From Ignavibacteriota bacterium (GTDB lineage: Bacteria; Bacteroidota; Ignavibacteria; UBA10030): 64,000 nucleotides of DNA. Shown one piece after another: positions 49,270-59,223 of this stretch. Made by a program: the position numbers and the translations under genes. The notes beneath the pieces were generated by a model. The model had not been told where the DNA came from and did no database searches. It saw only the letters and a list, made by a program, of their open reading frames with translations. How positions within the stretch are numbered: position 1 is the stretch's first letter; each line of letters starts with the position of its first letter. The DNA lies in NCBI GenBank assembly GCA_963701295.1, contig OY969585.1, forward strand, positions 2,080,001 to 2,144,000, written 5' to 3'.

Positions 49270-50262
49270 ATGATTCTTATTTCTGGTAACGCAGGATTTA
49301 TTGGTAAATATCTTACAAGCATTCTCCTTGAGAAGGGATATACGATTCGAGGTATTGATATTCGGCCTCGAAAAGAAATATTGAAAGAATTTGGACAAAT
49401 TGGCGGAAATATTCTTAACAGGGAAATTGTTCGTCAATCAATGAATGATGTAGATACAATCATCCATCTTGCAGCGGAGCATAAAGATTTTGGTATTACA
49501 GAAGCAGATTATTTTCGAGTGAATGAACAAGGAACAAAAATTCTCTTGGAAGAAGCATCGAATACCAGCATTAAAAAATTCATCTTTTATAGTTCAGTGG
49601 CAGTTTATGGTGTCCAATCAAACACAACTGAAGAAACTGCACCTGCCCCAAACAATCCTTATGGTGCATCGAAACTCGCTGCCGAAAGATTAGTAACAAC
49701 CTGGGCTAAAGAAGATCCTTCGAGAACTGCAATTATTATTAGGCCGACTGTCGTTTTCGGAGCCAATAGCAAAGCGAATATTTTTCGTTTGATTCGTCAA
49801 GTTTGCGATGGAAGATTTATTATGGTTGGTAATGGAGAGAATATAAAATCAATTGCGTATGTAGAAAACTTGGTGGATGCGACGTTCTATCTTATGGAGC
49901 GGTGTTCCCCGGGAGTTAGTATTTTTAATTATGCCGATGAACCCCACCTGCAGACGAAAGAATTGGTAAATCTTATTGGAAGGATAGCAGGGAGAAAGCC
50001 AAATAAGTTTTTTATCCCATTGGCAATTGCTACTGCTGGAGGGTTTGTATTTGATATGCTTGGAAAAGTCACCGGGATTGATTTTTCTATAACTGCAGCA
50101 CGGATGAAAAAATTTACTGTACAGACATATCATCATGCGAAATATATCCGATCATTGGGTTTTGTACCGAAGTACTCTATTGAAGAGGGCTTAAAAAGAA
50201 ATGTTGAATGGTATTTAGGAAAGAGAAAAGATCTGAGCGAAGATGAAAATTCATTAGATTAA
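49270..50262 (+). CDS. Gnu-like epimerase (candidate GlcNAc-PP-undecaprenol 4-epimerase)
   Basis: LAAEH.D, SSVAVYG, YGASK, IRPTV.FG, N.KS.AYV.N, R.KKF, matching Gnu as recalled. Confidence 0.72.
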   Translation: MILISGNAGFIGKYLTSILLEKGYTIRGIDIRPRKEILKEFGQIGGNILNREIVRQSMNDVDTIIHLAAEHKDFGITEADYFRVNEQGTKILLEEASNTSIKKFIFYSSVAVYGVQSNTTEETAPAPNNPYGASKLAAERLVTTWAKEDPSRTAIIIRPTVVFGANSKANIFRLIRQVCDGRFIMVGNGENIKSIAYVENLVDATFYLMERCSPGVSIFNYADEPHLQTKELVNLIGRIAGRKPNKFFIPLAIATAGGFVFDMLGKVTGIDFSITAARMKKFTVQTYHHAKYIRSLGFVPKYSIEEGLKRNVEWYLGKRKDLSEDENSLD

Positions 50263-50270
50263 ATAATTAT

Positions 50271-51374
50271 ATGATAAAACTCCTCATCATTGCTGGCACA
50301 CGCCCGGAAATTATTAAAACCGCTCCAGTTGTTTTAGTGGCTCGAAGCCGAAAAGATGCAAAGGTCATTTATTGCCTTACAGGCCAGCATAAAACTATGG
50401 CGCTGGAGGCGCTCTCGATCTTTGGAATTGAACCGGATGTTGACCTGAAGATCATGCGCCCAAACCAAACACTTAACGATATCGCCTCATCAGTCTTTGA
50501 GAAAATTCCAAAAATCTTTGATAAGACGAAACCTGATGTTGTTATGGTGCAAGGCGATACAACAACCGCCGCTATGGTAGCGTTTGCGGCATTTAATATG
50601 AAAATTCCGGTTGCTCATATTGAGGCTGGATTACGTACATTTAATCTCAACGCACCCTATCCTGAGGAAGCCAATCGTAGACTTATTAGTGTTGTGTCAT
50701 CGTACAATTTTTGTCCGACTGAATTCTCGCGGGAGAATTTACGCAAGGAGGGATCTGCGGAAAACACACTTTCTGTCGTCGGTAATACGGTCGTCGATGC
50801 GCTCGAACTTATCAAATCAAAGTATCTACTTCATGACCTAATAAAAGTGCATCCGGATGCGCGAACTCCATTTGTGCTTATTACTGCCCACCGGCGGGAA
50901 AGTTTTGGCGGAGGATTCGAAAATATATGCACTGCAATTAAAAAATGTGCAGAGAGTTTTCCGAATCATCAGTTTATTTATCCCGTGCATCTTAATCCGA
51001 ATGTGAAATGTCCGGTTCACCGATTGTTGAAGGGTATTCCTAATATCAAACTTATCCCTCCAGTACCATATCTTGAACTGCTCACTTTGTTAAAGAATTG
51101 TGAACTTGTTTTAACAGACTCCGGCGGAATCCAGGAAGAAGCGCCATCGTTTGGCAAGCATTGCATTGTAATGCGAGAAGTAACAGAACGGATGGAAAGT
51201 GTGAATCTTGGTATGTCGGAGTTAGTAGGAACGAACGTCGAAAAAATTTGTACATCAGTCCAACATACTATCGAAGGAAAGATTAAATACGATATCCATA
51301 AGAATCCGTACGGAGATGGTCATGCATCTGAAAGAATAATGGATATATTGATGCAGGGTAAGTCGAATCGCTGA
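50271..51374 (+). CDS. wecB: UDP-N-acetylglucosamine 2-epimerase (non-hydrolysing)
   Basis: GTRPE.IK, TGQH, QGDT, H.EAGLRT, PEE.NR, TDSGGIQEEAP, NPYGDG. Confidence 0.97.
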   Translation: MIKLLIIAGTRPEIIKTAPVVLVARSRKDAKVIYCLTGQHKTMALEALSIFGIEPDVDLKIMRPNQTLNDIASSVFEKIPKIFDKTKPDVVMVQGDTTTAAMVAFAAFNMKIPVAHIEAGLRTFNLNAPYPEEANRRLISVVSSYNFCPTEFSRENLRKEGSAENTLSVVGNTVVDALELIKSKYLLHDLIKVHPDARTPFVLITAHRRESFGGGFENICTAIKKCAESFPNHQFIYPVHLNPNVKCPVHRLLKGIPNIKLIPPVPYLELLTLLKNCELVLTDSGGIQEEAPSFGKHCIVMREVTERMESVNLGMSELVGTNVEKICTSVQHTIEGKIKYDIHKNPYGDGHASERIMDILMQGKSNR

Positions 51375-51440
51375 GTCGGGGAAAAAAAAGGGAAAGCAAA
51401 CAATTTCTAAGAACAAGGTCGAGACAGCGTCTCGAACTAC
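51358..51440. repeat. REP doublet (REPIN) upstream of the RAYT
   Basis: + copy GTAA-GTCGAATC-GCT-GAGTCGGG (51358-80) and - copy GTAG-TTCGAGAC-GCT-GTCTCGAC (51418-40). Confidence 0.8.
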
Positions 51441-51474
51441 ATTATAGAAGCATATAATAAAATTCTGTACATAG

Positions 51475-52165
51475 TTGGAGGAGGTAAAAACATATTATCG
51501 TTGGCACTTGCCGTATTATCAACCAGAATTTGCGACATTTCATGTTGTTTTTCGTTTGGCAGGATCGCTACCAGCTCTTGCTATCGAAGAATTTAGGCAG
51601 GAGCAAGAGCAACTGAAGCGCGAAGCAAACAAAGTGAGAGATAAGCACATACAGCGAACGAAATCTGTACAACTTCAAAAATCATATTTTGAGCGATTCA
51701 ACGCTTTATTGGACATTGCATCAAGCGGACCAGTATGGCTTAAAGAGCCTAAAGTGGGGGCGATCGTTAAGGAAGCTATTCATCCACCGCGATGGTGAAC
51801 TGTACAACTTATTGGCATATTGTATTATGCCAAACCACGTTCATATGCTTTTTGAACCATTATCACGCAATGTAAGTCGACTCGCTGAGTCGACCAATGA
51901 GAAAAAAGGACGAGACAGCGTCTCGTCCTACATGGTTACAAAGATTATGGAGTCTTTGAAGAAGTACACAGCATTGAAAGCAAATAGAATTCTCCAAAGA
52001 TCATGTTCTTTCTGGCAGCATGAAAGTTATGATCATGTCATTCGAGATGGCGATGAACTTGAAAACACATTATGGTATATTCTATTCAATCCAGTAAAAG
52101 CAGGATTAGTTGATGTTTGGACAAAATGGAAATGGTCCTATTGCAAACCTGAGTTATTATTCTAA
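51475..52165 (+). mobile_element. REP-associated tyrosine transposase (RAYT, HUH/Y1), frameshifted
   Basis: YYR..LP..QP..AT..V.FRLAGSLP, YCIMPNHVH, SLKKYTA, FWQ.ESYDH.IRD, YI..NPVKAGL; extra C at about 51784 (cat-c-cac-cgc-gat). Confidence 0.88.
51872..51931. repeat. REP doublet inside the RAYT reading frame
   Basis: + GTAA-GTCGACTC-GCT-GAGTCGAC (51872-94) and - GTAG-GACGAGAC-GCT-GTCTCGTC (51909-31), both with perfect 8-bp stems. Confidence 0.88.
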
Positions 52166-52184
52166 GTTGGCTCACTGAGTCGAC
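52162..52184 (+). repeat. Degenerate REP overlapping the RAYT stop codon
   Basis: CTAA-GTTGGCTC-ACT-GAGTCGAC. Confidence 0.7.
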
Positions 52185-52199
52185 CAACAGGATCATCAG

Positions 52200-53618
52200 A
52201 TGAATTCTCGTCGTCAACATATTATCACAATACTGATCGATATCCTCACTATCAATCTGGCATATCTGGCGTACTACGTTTTCCGTGTACGAAGCGGGTG
52301 GATTCCATACAGTATCGAGCCTGAACTTCTCCTGCCTATGATATTCATCTGTGCGTACTGGCTCATCTGGTTTAGTTTGTTCGGTCTTTACCGTTTATGG
52401 TACGAACAATCCCGCATCGATGAAATCCTTACGATTGTGCGATCAACAATTGTCGGCGCTTTAATTTTGTTCTTTCTCATCTTCCTGGATGATACTTCTA
52501 GTGAAACCATTGTCCAGTCGCGCCTTCTCATCCTTGGATATTGGATCACTTTAACATTTTTGATTATTACAGGCAGGTTAACACAGCGATTTGTTCAAAG
52601 GAAATTGCTCATCGCTGGAGTTGGGCTTCGTAATACCATAATCGTTGGTTGGTCAGATAAAGCTTTTAAACTGTGCGATATGGTTCTGAAGTATCCAGCA
52701 TTGGGGTATAAAGTTGTAGGATTTGTAAAAGCAGGAACGAAGATCGACAGCACACTGCGGGCAAAGGGAAACACTTATCAAAAAATTCCTATCTTGGGTT
52801 CCATTCAAGATGTATCTCAACTTATTAAGAAACATACAATTCATGAAGTTCTGATTGGACTCGACACAACAGAACACAGTCAATTAATAGAGATCATGCG
52901 CCAATGCGATTCTGTCGATATCGGCATGAAAATTATGCCTGATTTATATGATATCGTCAGCGGACAGGCGCGGATCAGTTCTCTCTATGGTTTACCGCTT
53001 ATGGATGTGCGCCCGCAGTTAATGAAGCCATGGGAGGAAGTGGCAAAGCGAGTACTCGATTTCCTGTTTTCACTGACAGTGCTTATCATCGGGTTTCCAT
53101 TGTGGATGCTCATAGCTCTTCTCATTAAAGTTGATTCAAGAGGGCCTATGTTCTATCGTCAAACGCGGGTTGGCAAGAACGGAAGACATTTTAGGATACT
53201 AAAATTCCGTTCTATGTGGACCGACGCAGAAAGACATTCTGGCCCTGTTTGGGCAGGGAAGAACGACCCTCGTGTGACACGGTTCGGCCGCCTTCTTCGA
53301 AAGACGCACCTTGATGAGTTTCCGCAGTTTGTCAACGTGCTTATAGGTGATATGAGTTTGGTGGGGCCACGACCTGAACGCCCATTCTTTGTGGACAAGA
53401 TTACAAAGGAAGTCCCGTTGTACAATCATCGCCATCGTGTAAGGCCCGGTATTACCGGCTGGGCACAGGTGAAACATAAATATGATGAGAATATGGAAGA
53501 CGTGCGGGCTAAGATCAAGTATGATCTCTTCTATATTGAAAACCTCTCATGGCGAATGGACCTCAAAATTCTTTTTAACACTTTCTATGTGATGATAGCC
53601 GGGAAAGGACATACATAA
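52200..53618 (+). CDS. Undecaprenyl-phosphate sugar phosphotransferase (WcaJ/WbaP-type)
   Basis: 4 TM helices plus CoA-binding-like domain plus [38 protein letters not shown]. Confidence 0.95.
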   Translation: MNSRRQHIITILIDILTINLAYLAYYVFRVRSGWIPYSIEPELLLPMIFICAYWLIWFSLFGLYRLWYEQSRIDEILTIVRSTIVGALILFFLIFLDDTSSETIVQSRLLILGYWITLTFLIITGRLTQRFVQRKLLIAGVGLRNTIIVGWSDKAFKLCDMVLKYPALGYKVVGFVKAGTKIDSTLRAKGNTYQKIPILGSIQDVSQLIKKHTIHEVLIGLDTTEHSQLIEIMRQCDSVDIGMKIMPDLYDIVSGQARISSLYGLPLMDVRPQLMKPWEEVAKRVLDFLFSLTVLIIGFPLWMLIALLIKVDSRGPMFYRQTRVGKNGRHFRILKFRSMWTDAERHSGPVWAGKNDPRVTRFGRLLRKTHLDEFPQFVNVLIGDMSLVGPRPERPFFVDKITKEVPLYNHRHRVRPGITGWAQVKHKYDENMEDVRAKIKYDLFYIENLSWRMDLKILFNTFYVMIAGKGHT

Positions 53619-53763
53619 TTGGAACAGATTGAATTCGGCAAATTGCGCGATGTGAAGTTTGAGAAAAGATTAAAAATATCTGTCAATATTTTGCTAAATT
53701 AAAGAATAAGTATACTACCGAACCCTGAAGGTCTGAAAGAAATGTATTTTAGAAGGTGATTCA

Positions 53764-54870
53764 GTGAAACCCATACATATGGTTGATGTCGTAGGTCAGT
53801 ATAAGAAGATTAAGAAGGAAATTGATGAAACTGCACTGAGAGTCATTGAATCAGGCCAGTACATTCTCGGTAAAGAAGTGTCCGAATTTGAGAACGAAAT
53901 TGCGCGATATCTCAGTGTGAAATATGCCGTTGGATGTGCATCTGGAACCGATGCATTGATGGTTGCGATGATGGCGCTTGGCATTCAACCAGGAGACGAG
54001 GTGGTAACGACACCGTTCACATTCGCTGCAACAACGGAAACGATAGTTTTGCTGGGTGCAAAGCCGATCTATGTTGACATCGATCCTGCCACATATAATC
54101 TAGATCCCTCAAAGCTAGAAGCGGTAATTACAAGGAACACAAAAGCAATTATTCCGGTGCACCTCTACGGCCAATCTGTGGATATGGAAGCATTGGTCCG
54201 TGTGGCAAACCATCATGGCATACCGATCGTAGAAGATATGTGCCAGGCTATCGGTGCAAAGTACAAAGGGAAAATGGTTGGCAGCATTGGTACGATGGGC
54301 TGTATCAGTTTCTTCCCAAGTAAAAATCTTGGCGCCTTCGGTGATGCCGGTATGGTAGTGACAAATGATGCCGTGTTGGCTGAAAAACTGCGGATGATCG
54401 TTGTGCACGGCTCGCGTGTACGGTATAAACATGAAATTATTGGAGTCAACAGCAGGTTAGATGCCCTGCAAGCTGCTCTCCTTCGTATAAAGTTGCAGTA
54501 CCTTGACGAATGGACTCATGCGCGGCGTTCGGCTGCTTTGGTGTATAATCGCTTGTTTGCAGATTCAGGTATTGAGATTCCATTTGAAGCATCATATGGA
54601 AAACATGTATTTCATCAGTACACCATTCGATTGAAGAATCGAGATAAGGTGTCATATGTTTTAAGTGAAAAGAAAGTCCCTCATGGTGTTTACTATCCCA
54701 TTCCTCTGCATTTGCAGGAAGCATATAGCATGGCAGGAAAACCCAAAGGAACATTTCCTGTGACCGAAAAAGCAGCGAATGAAGTGCTTTCACTGCCGAT
54801 GCATACGGAACTTGATGAAGAACAGCAGAAGTACATTGTCCAATCAGTAGTAGAAGCGATGAAGAATTAA
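53764..54870 (+). CDS. DegT/DnrJ/EryC1/StrS sugar aminotransferase
   Basis: SGTDAL, PVHLYGQ, ED.CQA.G, SFFPSKNLG, NSRLD.LQAA. Confidence 0.95.
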   Translation: MKPIHMVDVVGQYKKIKKEIDETALRVIESGQYILGKEVSEFENEIARYLSVKYAVGCASGTDALMVAMMALGIQPGDEVVTTPFTFAATTETIVLLGAKPIYVDIDPATYNLDPSKLEAVITRNTKAIIPVHLYGQSVDMEALVRVANHHGIPIVEDMCQAIGAKYKGKMVGSIGTMGCISFFPSKNLGAFGDAGMVVTNDAVLAEKLRMIVVHGSRVRYKHEIIGVNSRLDALQAALLRIKLQYLDEWTHARRSAALVYNRLFADSGIEIPFEASYGKHVFHQYTIRLKNRDKVSYVLSEKKVPHGVYYPIPLHLQEAYSMAGKPKGTFPVTEKAANEVLSLPMHTELDEEQQKYIVQSVVEAMKN

Positions 54871-54882
54871 TTTGGTGGTTCT

Positions 54883-55605
54883 ATGAAACGTTCACTCATT
54901 ATTATTCCAACATACAATGAAGCCGATAATGTTTTAAAAATTATTCCCGAGGTACTGGCTCAGGATGAAGGATTTCATGTCCTTATCGTTGATGATAATT
55001 CACCGGATGGAACGGCGAATTTGGTCAAAGAGATGCAGAAGAGCAATCCACGAATTCATCTCCTTGAACGGCCGAGTAAGCGAGGTCTCGGAACGGCGTA
55101 TGTGGCAGGATTTAAATATGCTCTTTCCCATGAATATGATTATGCCTTCGAGATGGACGCCGATTTCTCGCATGATCCCAAATCACTGTTAAAACTTCTT
55201 GCGAAGATGGAGGAATGCGATCTCGTTATCGGTTCGAGGTACATATCAGGTGTGAACGTTGTGAATTGGCCTATGAGTCGATTGATCTTAAGCTATGCCG
55301 CAAATATGTACACACGATTCGTAACCGGTCTACCGGTACAAGATGCGACAGCCGGTTTTAAATGCTACCGCCGAGCTGTTTTGGAGAGCTTAAATCTCGA
55401 TGCGATTACATCGAATGGTTACAGCTTCCAAATTGAGACAAACTTCATGGCTTGGAAAAAGGGTTTCCGTGTGTGCGAAGTTCCTATCGTCTTCGTCGAT
55501 CGGCGAGCAGGTGTCTCAAAGATGTCGAAACATATCGTCTATGAAGCAGCGTGGATGGTATGGAAGTTGAAGTTTAGGCATCTCTTTTCAAAAGAAAGCC
55601 GCTGA
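54883..55605 (+). CDS. Polyprenol-phosphate mannose synthase (DPM1/Ppm1-like GT2)
   Basis: IPTYNE, DDNSPDGT, GLGTAY, MDADFSHDP, SNGYSFQIE, G.SKMS. Confidence 0.92.
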   Translation: MKRSLIIIPTYNEADNVLKIIPEVLAQDEGFHVLIVDDNSPDGTANLVKEMQKSNPRIHLLERPSKRGLGTAYVAGFKYALSHEYDYAFEMDADFSHDPKSLLKLLAKMEECDLVIGSRYISGVNVVNWPMSRLILSYAANMYTRFVTGLPVQDATAGFKCYRRAVLESLNLDAITSNGYSFQIETNFMAWKKGFRVCEVPIVFVDRRAGVSKMSKHIVYEAAWMVWKLKFRHLFSKESR

Positions 55606-55609
55606 ACGT

Positions 55610-57694
55610 ATGGCTGGATCACGCAGAAAAACACGCTTGCACACTAAAGCGTTTCGGCAAGCGAGTGTGCTGGATGTTTCGGTTATCATCGTTAACTATA
55701 ACGTCCGCGATTTTCTTCGTCAAGCGCTTGTATCAATTCAAAAAGCTCTGGAGGGAATCCGGTCGGAAATTGTAGTAGTTGACAATGCTTCAGATGACGG
55801 AAGCGTTGAAATGGTGCGTCGACAGTTTCCGCGTGTCAAGCTTATTTTAAATGCAGCTAACTTCGGATTTGCCAAAGCTAATAATATTGCTCTCAACGGG
55901 ACACACGGAAGGTTTCTCCTTCTTATTAATCCCGATACCATTGTACAGGAAGATACTATCCGTGTCATGGTTGATTTTCTAAAGAACCATCCCGAAGTCG
56001 GGCTTGCAGGATGTAAAATCCTTAATCCGGATGGCAGTATTGAACCTGCATGCCGGCGAAGTTTCCCCACACCTTGGGTTGCATTCTCAAAGATATTCGG
56101 TCTCAGCAAATTATTTCCAAAGACAAAGCTCTTTGGAAAATACAATCTTACATACTTGAGTATTGAGGAAACAAATCCGGTCGAAGCGGTGAGCGGTTCG
56201 TTTATGATGGTTCGGAAAGAAACGCTTGAACAGGTCGGTGGGTTAGATGAGAGTTTTTTTATGTACGGAGAGGATCTTGATTGGTGCTATCGTATTCATC
56301 AGGCAGGTTGGCAGATTTACTATGTGCATTCCACACAGATCATCCATTACAAAGGGGAGAGTACACGACGCAGTAGTATAGACGAAATTCATACTTTCTA
56401 CGAAGCAATGCACCTTTTTGTGGAAAAGCACGTCCGCTCTTCTTTCTTGTTCTCAATGGTTCTGAGAATGTCGATTGCACTTGTCTCTTTTGCCGCATTT
56501 CTGAATTCAATATTACGGCCATTAAAAATAGCTGTTCTCGATTTCTTGACAGTCACTATATGTCTTCTATTGGCAGAGGAAATCTGGAGAGGGGGAATAT
56601 TTCAATATCCAGCGTATGCGTATCCTGTTGTATTCAGTATTCCAGCGGTCATTGTCATCGGATGTTTATATGCAGCAGGAGTGTATACTCAGCGTCGTAT
56701 GTCCATCTCCCGTTCCATTGTGGCGACATTCTTTGCCTACATTTTAATTTCTGCCCTCACAGCGTTCTTTAGGAATTTTGCCTTCAGCAGGATGATCGTT
56801 GCAATCTCAGGGATTTTTGCGATGTTTCTTATTCCTGGATGGCGATTAATATTTCGGCTCCTTGGAAAAACAACGGCACATGGCAGAGGAACGTTGTTTG
56901 GCAAACGAACACTCATTGTTGGGACTGACAAGAACGCAATTGATCTACAGAGGAAATTGCGAACGAGAGTTGGTGAAGGATATGAAACTGTCGGGTTTGT
57001 AGGAACCACGCACAAGCATATTGGTGAAATGTTGAATGGTGTGCAAGTCCTTGGGAGTATCGATAATGTCGGGAAAATCATCAAAGAACAAAAAATTAGC
57101 GATGTTATCTTTGCACCGCAGGCACTGAGTTACATGCAGATACTTTCTGTTATCGGTAGAAGTCGCGAGCAGGCAGTTGCTTTCCACCTTGTTCCAACGA
57201 CCATGGAAGTAATTGTGGGAAAGGCGAGTGTGGACAGTCTTGAAAATCTGCCGCTTGTCCAAATCGCCTATAACATTGACAAGCCATTTCATCGCTTCAC
57301 AAAAAGAGTATTTGATCTTGTGTTTTCGGGATTGCTCTTGATAACTGTTTATCCTATTTTTCGATTGTCTTCTGCAAAAGAAGGAACGGAATCGAACGGT
57401 TTCCTTGTCGGATTGTCGCAAGTTTTCGGCGGAAGGATGAGTCTTGTTGGTCCACCTCTCAATGACCAGCGAGAGGAGAAACCCACGAGCGAGTCTTTAT
57501 TCCTTGGGAAACCAGGTCTCTGTGGTTTAGTCCAGCTTCAGCAAGACGGGACATTATCGGACGATGAGATTAATCAATACTATCTCTATTATGCACGTAA
57601 TCAGAGTGTTCTTCTTGATCTGGAGATTTTGATCAAGACATGGTTACGATTTCGCGATTGGCGAAAAAGAAGTAACGATAAAATGAGAGGATGA
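55610..57694 (+). CDS. GT2 glycosyltransferase fused to a WcaJ-like TM/CoA-binding/degenerate sugar-transferase module
   Basis: N-terminal [26 protein letters not shown]; C-terminal [24 protein letters not shown]. Confidence 0.88.
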   Translation: MAGSRRKTRLHTKAFRQASVLDVSVIIVNYNVRDFLRQALVSIQKALEGIRSEIVVVDNASDDGSVEMVRRQFPRVKLILNAANFGFAKANNIALNGTHGRFLLLINPDTIVQEDTIRVMVDFLKNHPEVGLAGCKILNPDGSIEPACRRSFPTPWVAFSKIFGLSKLFPKTKLFGKYNLTYLSIEETNPVEAVSGSFMMVRKETLEQVGGLDESFFMYGEDLDWCYRIHQAGWQIYYVHSTQIIHYKGESTRRSSIDEIHTFYEAMHLFVEKHVRSSFLFSMVLRMSIALVSFAAFLNSILRPLKIAVLDFLTVTICLLLAEEIWRGGIFQYPAYAYPVVFSIPAVIVIGCLYAAGVYTQRRMSISRSIVATFFAYILISALTAFFRNFAFSRMIVAISGIFAMFLIPGWRLIFRLLGKTTAHGRGTLFGKRTLIVGTDKNAIDLQRKLRTRVGEGYETVGFVGTTHKHIGEMLNGVQVLGSIDNVGKIIKEQKISDVIFAPQALSYMQILSVIGRSREQAVAFHLVPTTMEVIVGKASVDSLENLPLVQIAYNIDKPFHRFTKRVFDLVFSGLLLITVYPIFRLSSAKEGTESNGFLVGLSQVFGGRMSLVGPPLNDQREEKPTSESLFLGKPGLCGLVQLQQDGTLSDDEINQYYLYYARNQSVLLDLEILIKTWLRFRDWRKRSNDKMRG

Positions 57695-57710
57695 CAAGGA
57701 GATATTGTCC

Positions 57711-58664
57711 ATGGCAAAAGTGATACTGGATTTTGAGCGGCCCATTATTGAGCTTGAACAGAAGATTGTGGAGATGCGGAAGTATGCCGACAATCTTGAC
57801 ATCGCGGATGAAATAGCGACGCTTGAGAATAAAGTGGATCAACTTCGCGAGAATGTCTATAACAATTTAACTCGCTGGCAGCGCGTTCAACTTGCCCGTC
57901 ATCCGGATCGGCCTTACACATTGGACTATATTCCATTGATAACAGAAGATTTTATTGAGTTACATGGTGATCGTCGATTTGGGGACGACAAAGCGATTGT
58001 TGCAGGTTTTTGTTCGATAAACAAAGAAACAGTACTTATTGTAGGACACCAAAAGGGAAGAGATACACGTTCTAACATCTACAGAAATTTTGGTATGCCC
58101 AATCCCGAGGGATATCGGAAGGCACTTCGGTTAATGCAGCTGGCAGTGAAATTCCAGAGGCCGATTATTTGTCTGCTTGACACGCCCGGCGCCTATCCTG
58201 GCATCGGAGCCGAGGAGCGCGGTCAAGGAGAAGCAATTGCGCGCAACCTATTTGAGATGTCTCATATTCCTGTCCCTATCATTATTGTTATCATTGGAGA
58301 AGGAGCATCCGGCGGTGCGTTGGGCATTGGAGTTGGGGATCGCATTTTAATGTTTGAAAATGCTTGGTATTCTGTCATTTCGCCAGAGTCCTGTTCAAGC
58401 ATTCTCTGGCGTAATTGGGAATACAAAGAGCAAGCAGCTGAAGCGCTAAAACTCACTGCACCTGATTTGCTTGAGCAAGGTGTTATTGATCGGATTATTC
58501 CAGAGCCGATGGGAGGCGCACACCGGAATCTGCAAATCATGGCGCAGACGCTTAAAAACACATTGCTGGAAGAATTGAAGGCGTTAAAGAAAATCAAACC
58601 TGATCGATTGGTTCAACTTCGCGTAGAAAAGTTTTCGAAGATGGGCGCATGGAAAGAGTCATAG
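57711..58664 (+). CDS. accA: Acetyl-CoA carboxylase carboxyltransferase alpha subunit
   Basis: [41 protein letters not shown]. Confidence 0.98.
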   Translation: MAKVILDFERPIIELEQKIVEMRKYADNLDIADEIATLENKVDQLRENVYNNLTRWQRVQLARHPDRPYTLDYIPLITEDFIELHGDRRFGDDKAIVAGFCSINKETVLIVGHQKGRDTRSNIYRNFGMPNPEGYRKALRLMQLAVKFQRPIICLLDTPGAYPGIGAEERGQGEAIARNLFEMSHIPVPIIIVIIGEGASGGALGIGVGDRILMFENAWYSVISPESCSSILWRNWEYKEQAAEALKLTAPDLLEQGVIDRIIPEPMGGAHRNLQIMAQTLKNTLLEELKALKKIKPDRLVQLRVEKFSKMGAWKES

Positions 58665-58748
58665 GAAAAGAAATTAAGAATTTGAAAATTTCTATTGAAG
58701 ATGATAAGTTGTTTGTTGTAAGCGAGAAATAAAAAAGGAAAAGGGGAG

Positions 58749-59186
58749 ATGATTCGCCATAAAGCAGAAATTCGAGTTCGGTATGCAGATACGGATCAAA
58801 TGAAAGTTGTATATCATGGCAAGTATCTTGAATATTTTGAAGTTGGACGGTCTGCTCTGATTCGTTCTCTTGGAATGCCATACTCGGAACTCGAAACTCG
58901 CGGTATTCTTCTGCCGGTCATTGAGGTATATGCGAAATATCGAAAACCTGCTCGATATGATGAACTTCTTTTAGTCGAGTCTTTTGTCAATGAAATACCT
59001 CAAGCAACTCTTAAGATAGAATATCGAATTTGCCGTGGAGACGAGAGCAATTCGCTCGTAGAAGGATATACTGTTCACAGTTTTCTCAACACCTCGACAG
59101 GTAAGCCGACACGCGCGCCGTCATATTTCGTTCAAATCTTGGAGAAGGCAATGACTCCTTTCATCGATTCCACAAGGCGCAATTGA
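58749..59186 (+). CDS. YbgC/FadM-family acyl-CoA thioesterase
   Basis: RVRYADTDQM.VVYHG.Y..YFEVGR. Confidence 0.93.
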   Translation: MIRHKAEIRVRYADTDQMKVVYHGKYLEYFEVGRSALIRSLGMPYSELETRGILLPVIEVYAKYRKPARYDELLLVESFVNEIPQATLKIEYRICRGDESNSLVEGYTVHSFLNTSTGKPTRAPSYFVQILEKAMTPFIDSTRRN

Positions 59187-59223
59187 AATCGATGAGACTA
59201 GATTTGTCTATCATTCGCCGGTT

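Noticed and set aside
51358-52184. CRISPR array interpretation of the palindromic repeats
   Set aside because: Copies alternate in orientation, spacing is irregular, no cas genes are present, and an HUH transposase explains them
53715-53740. aaccctgaaggtct, a possible short REP remnant
   Set aside because: Single, short and imperfect
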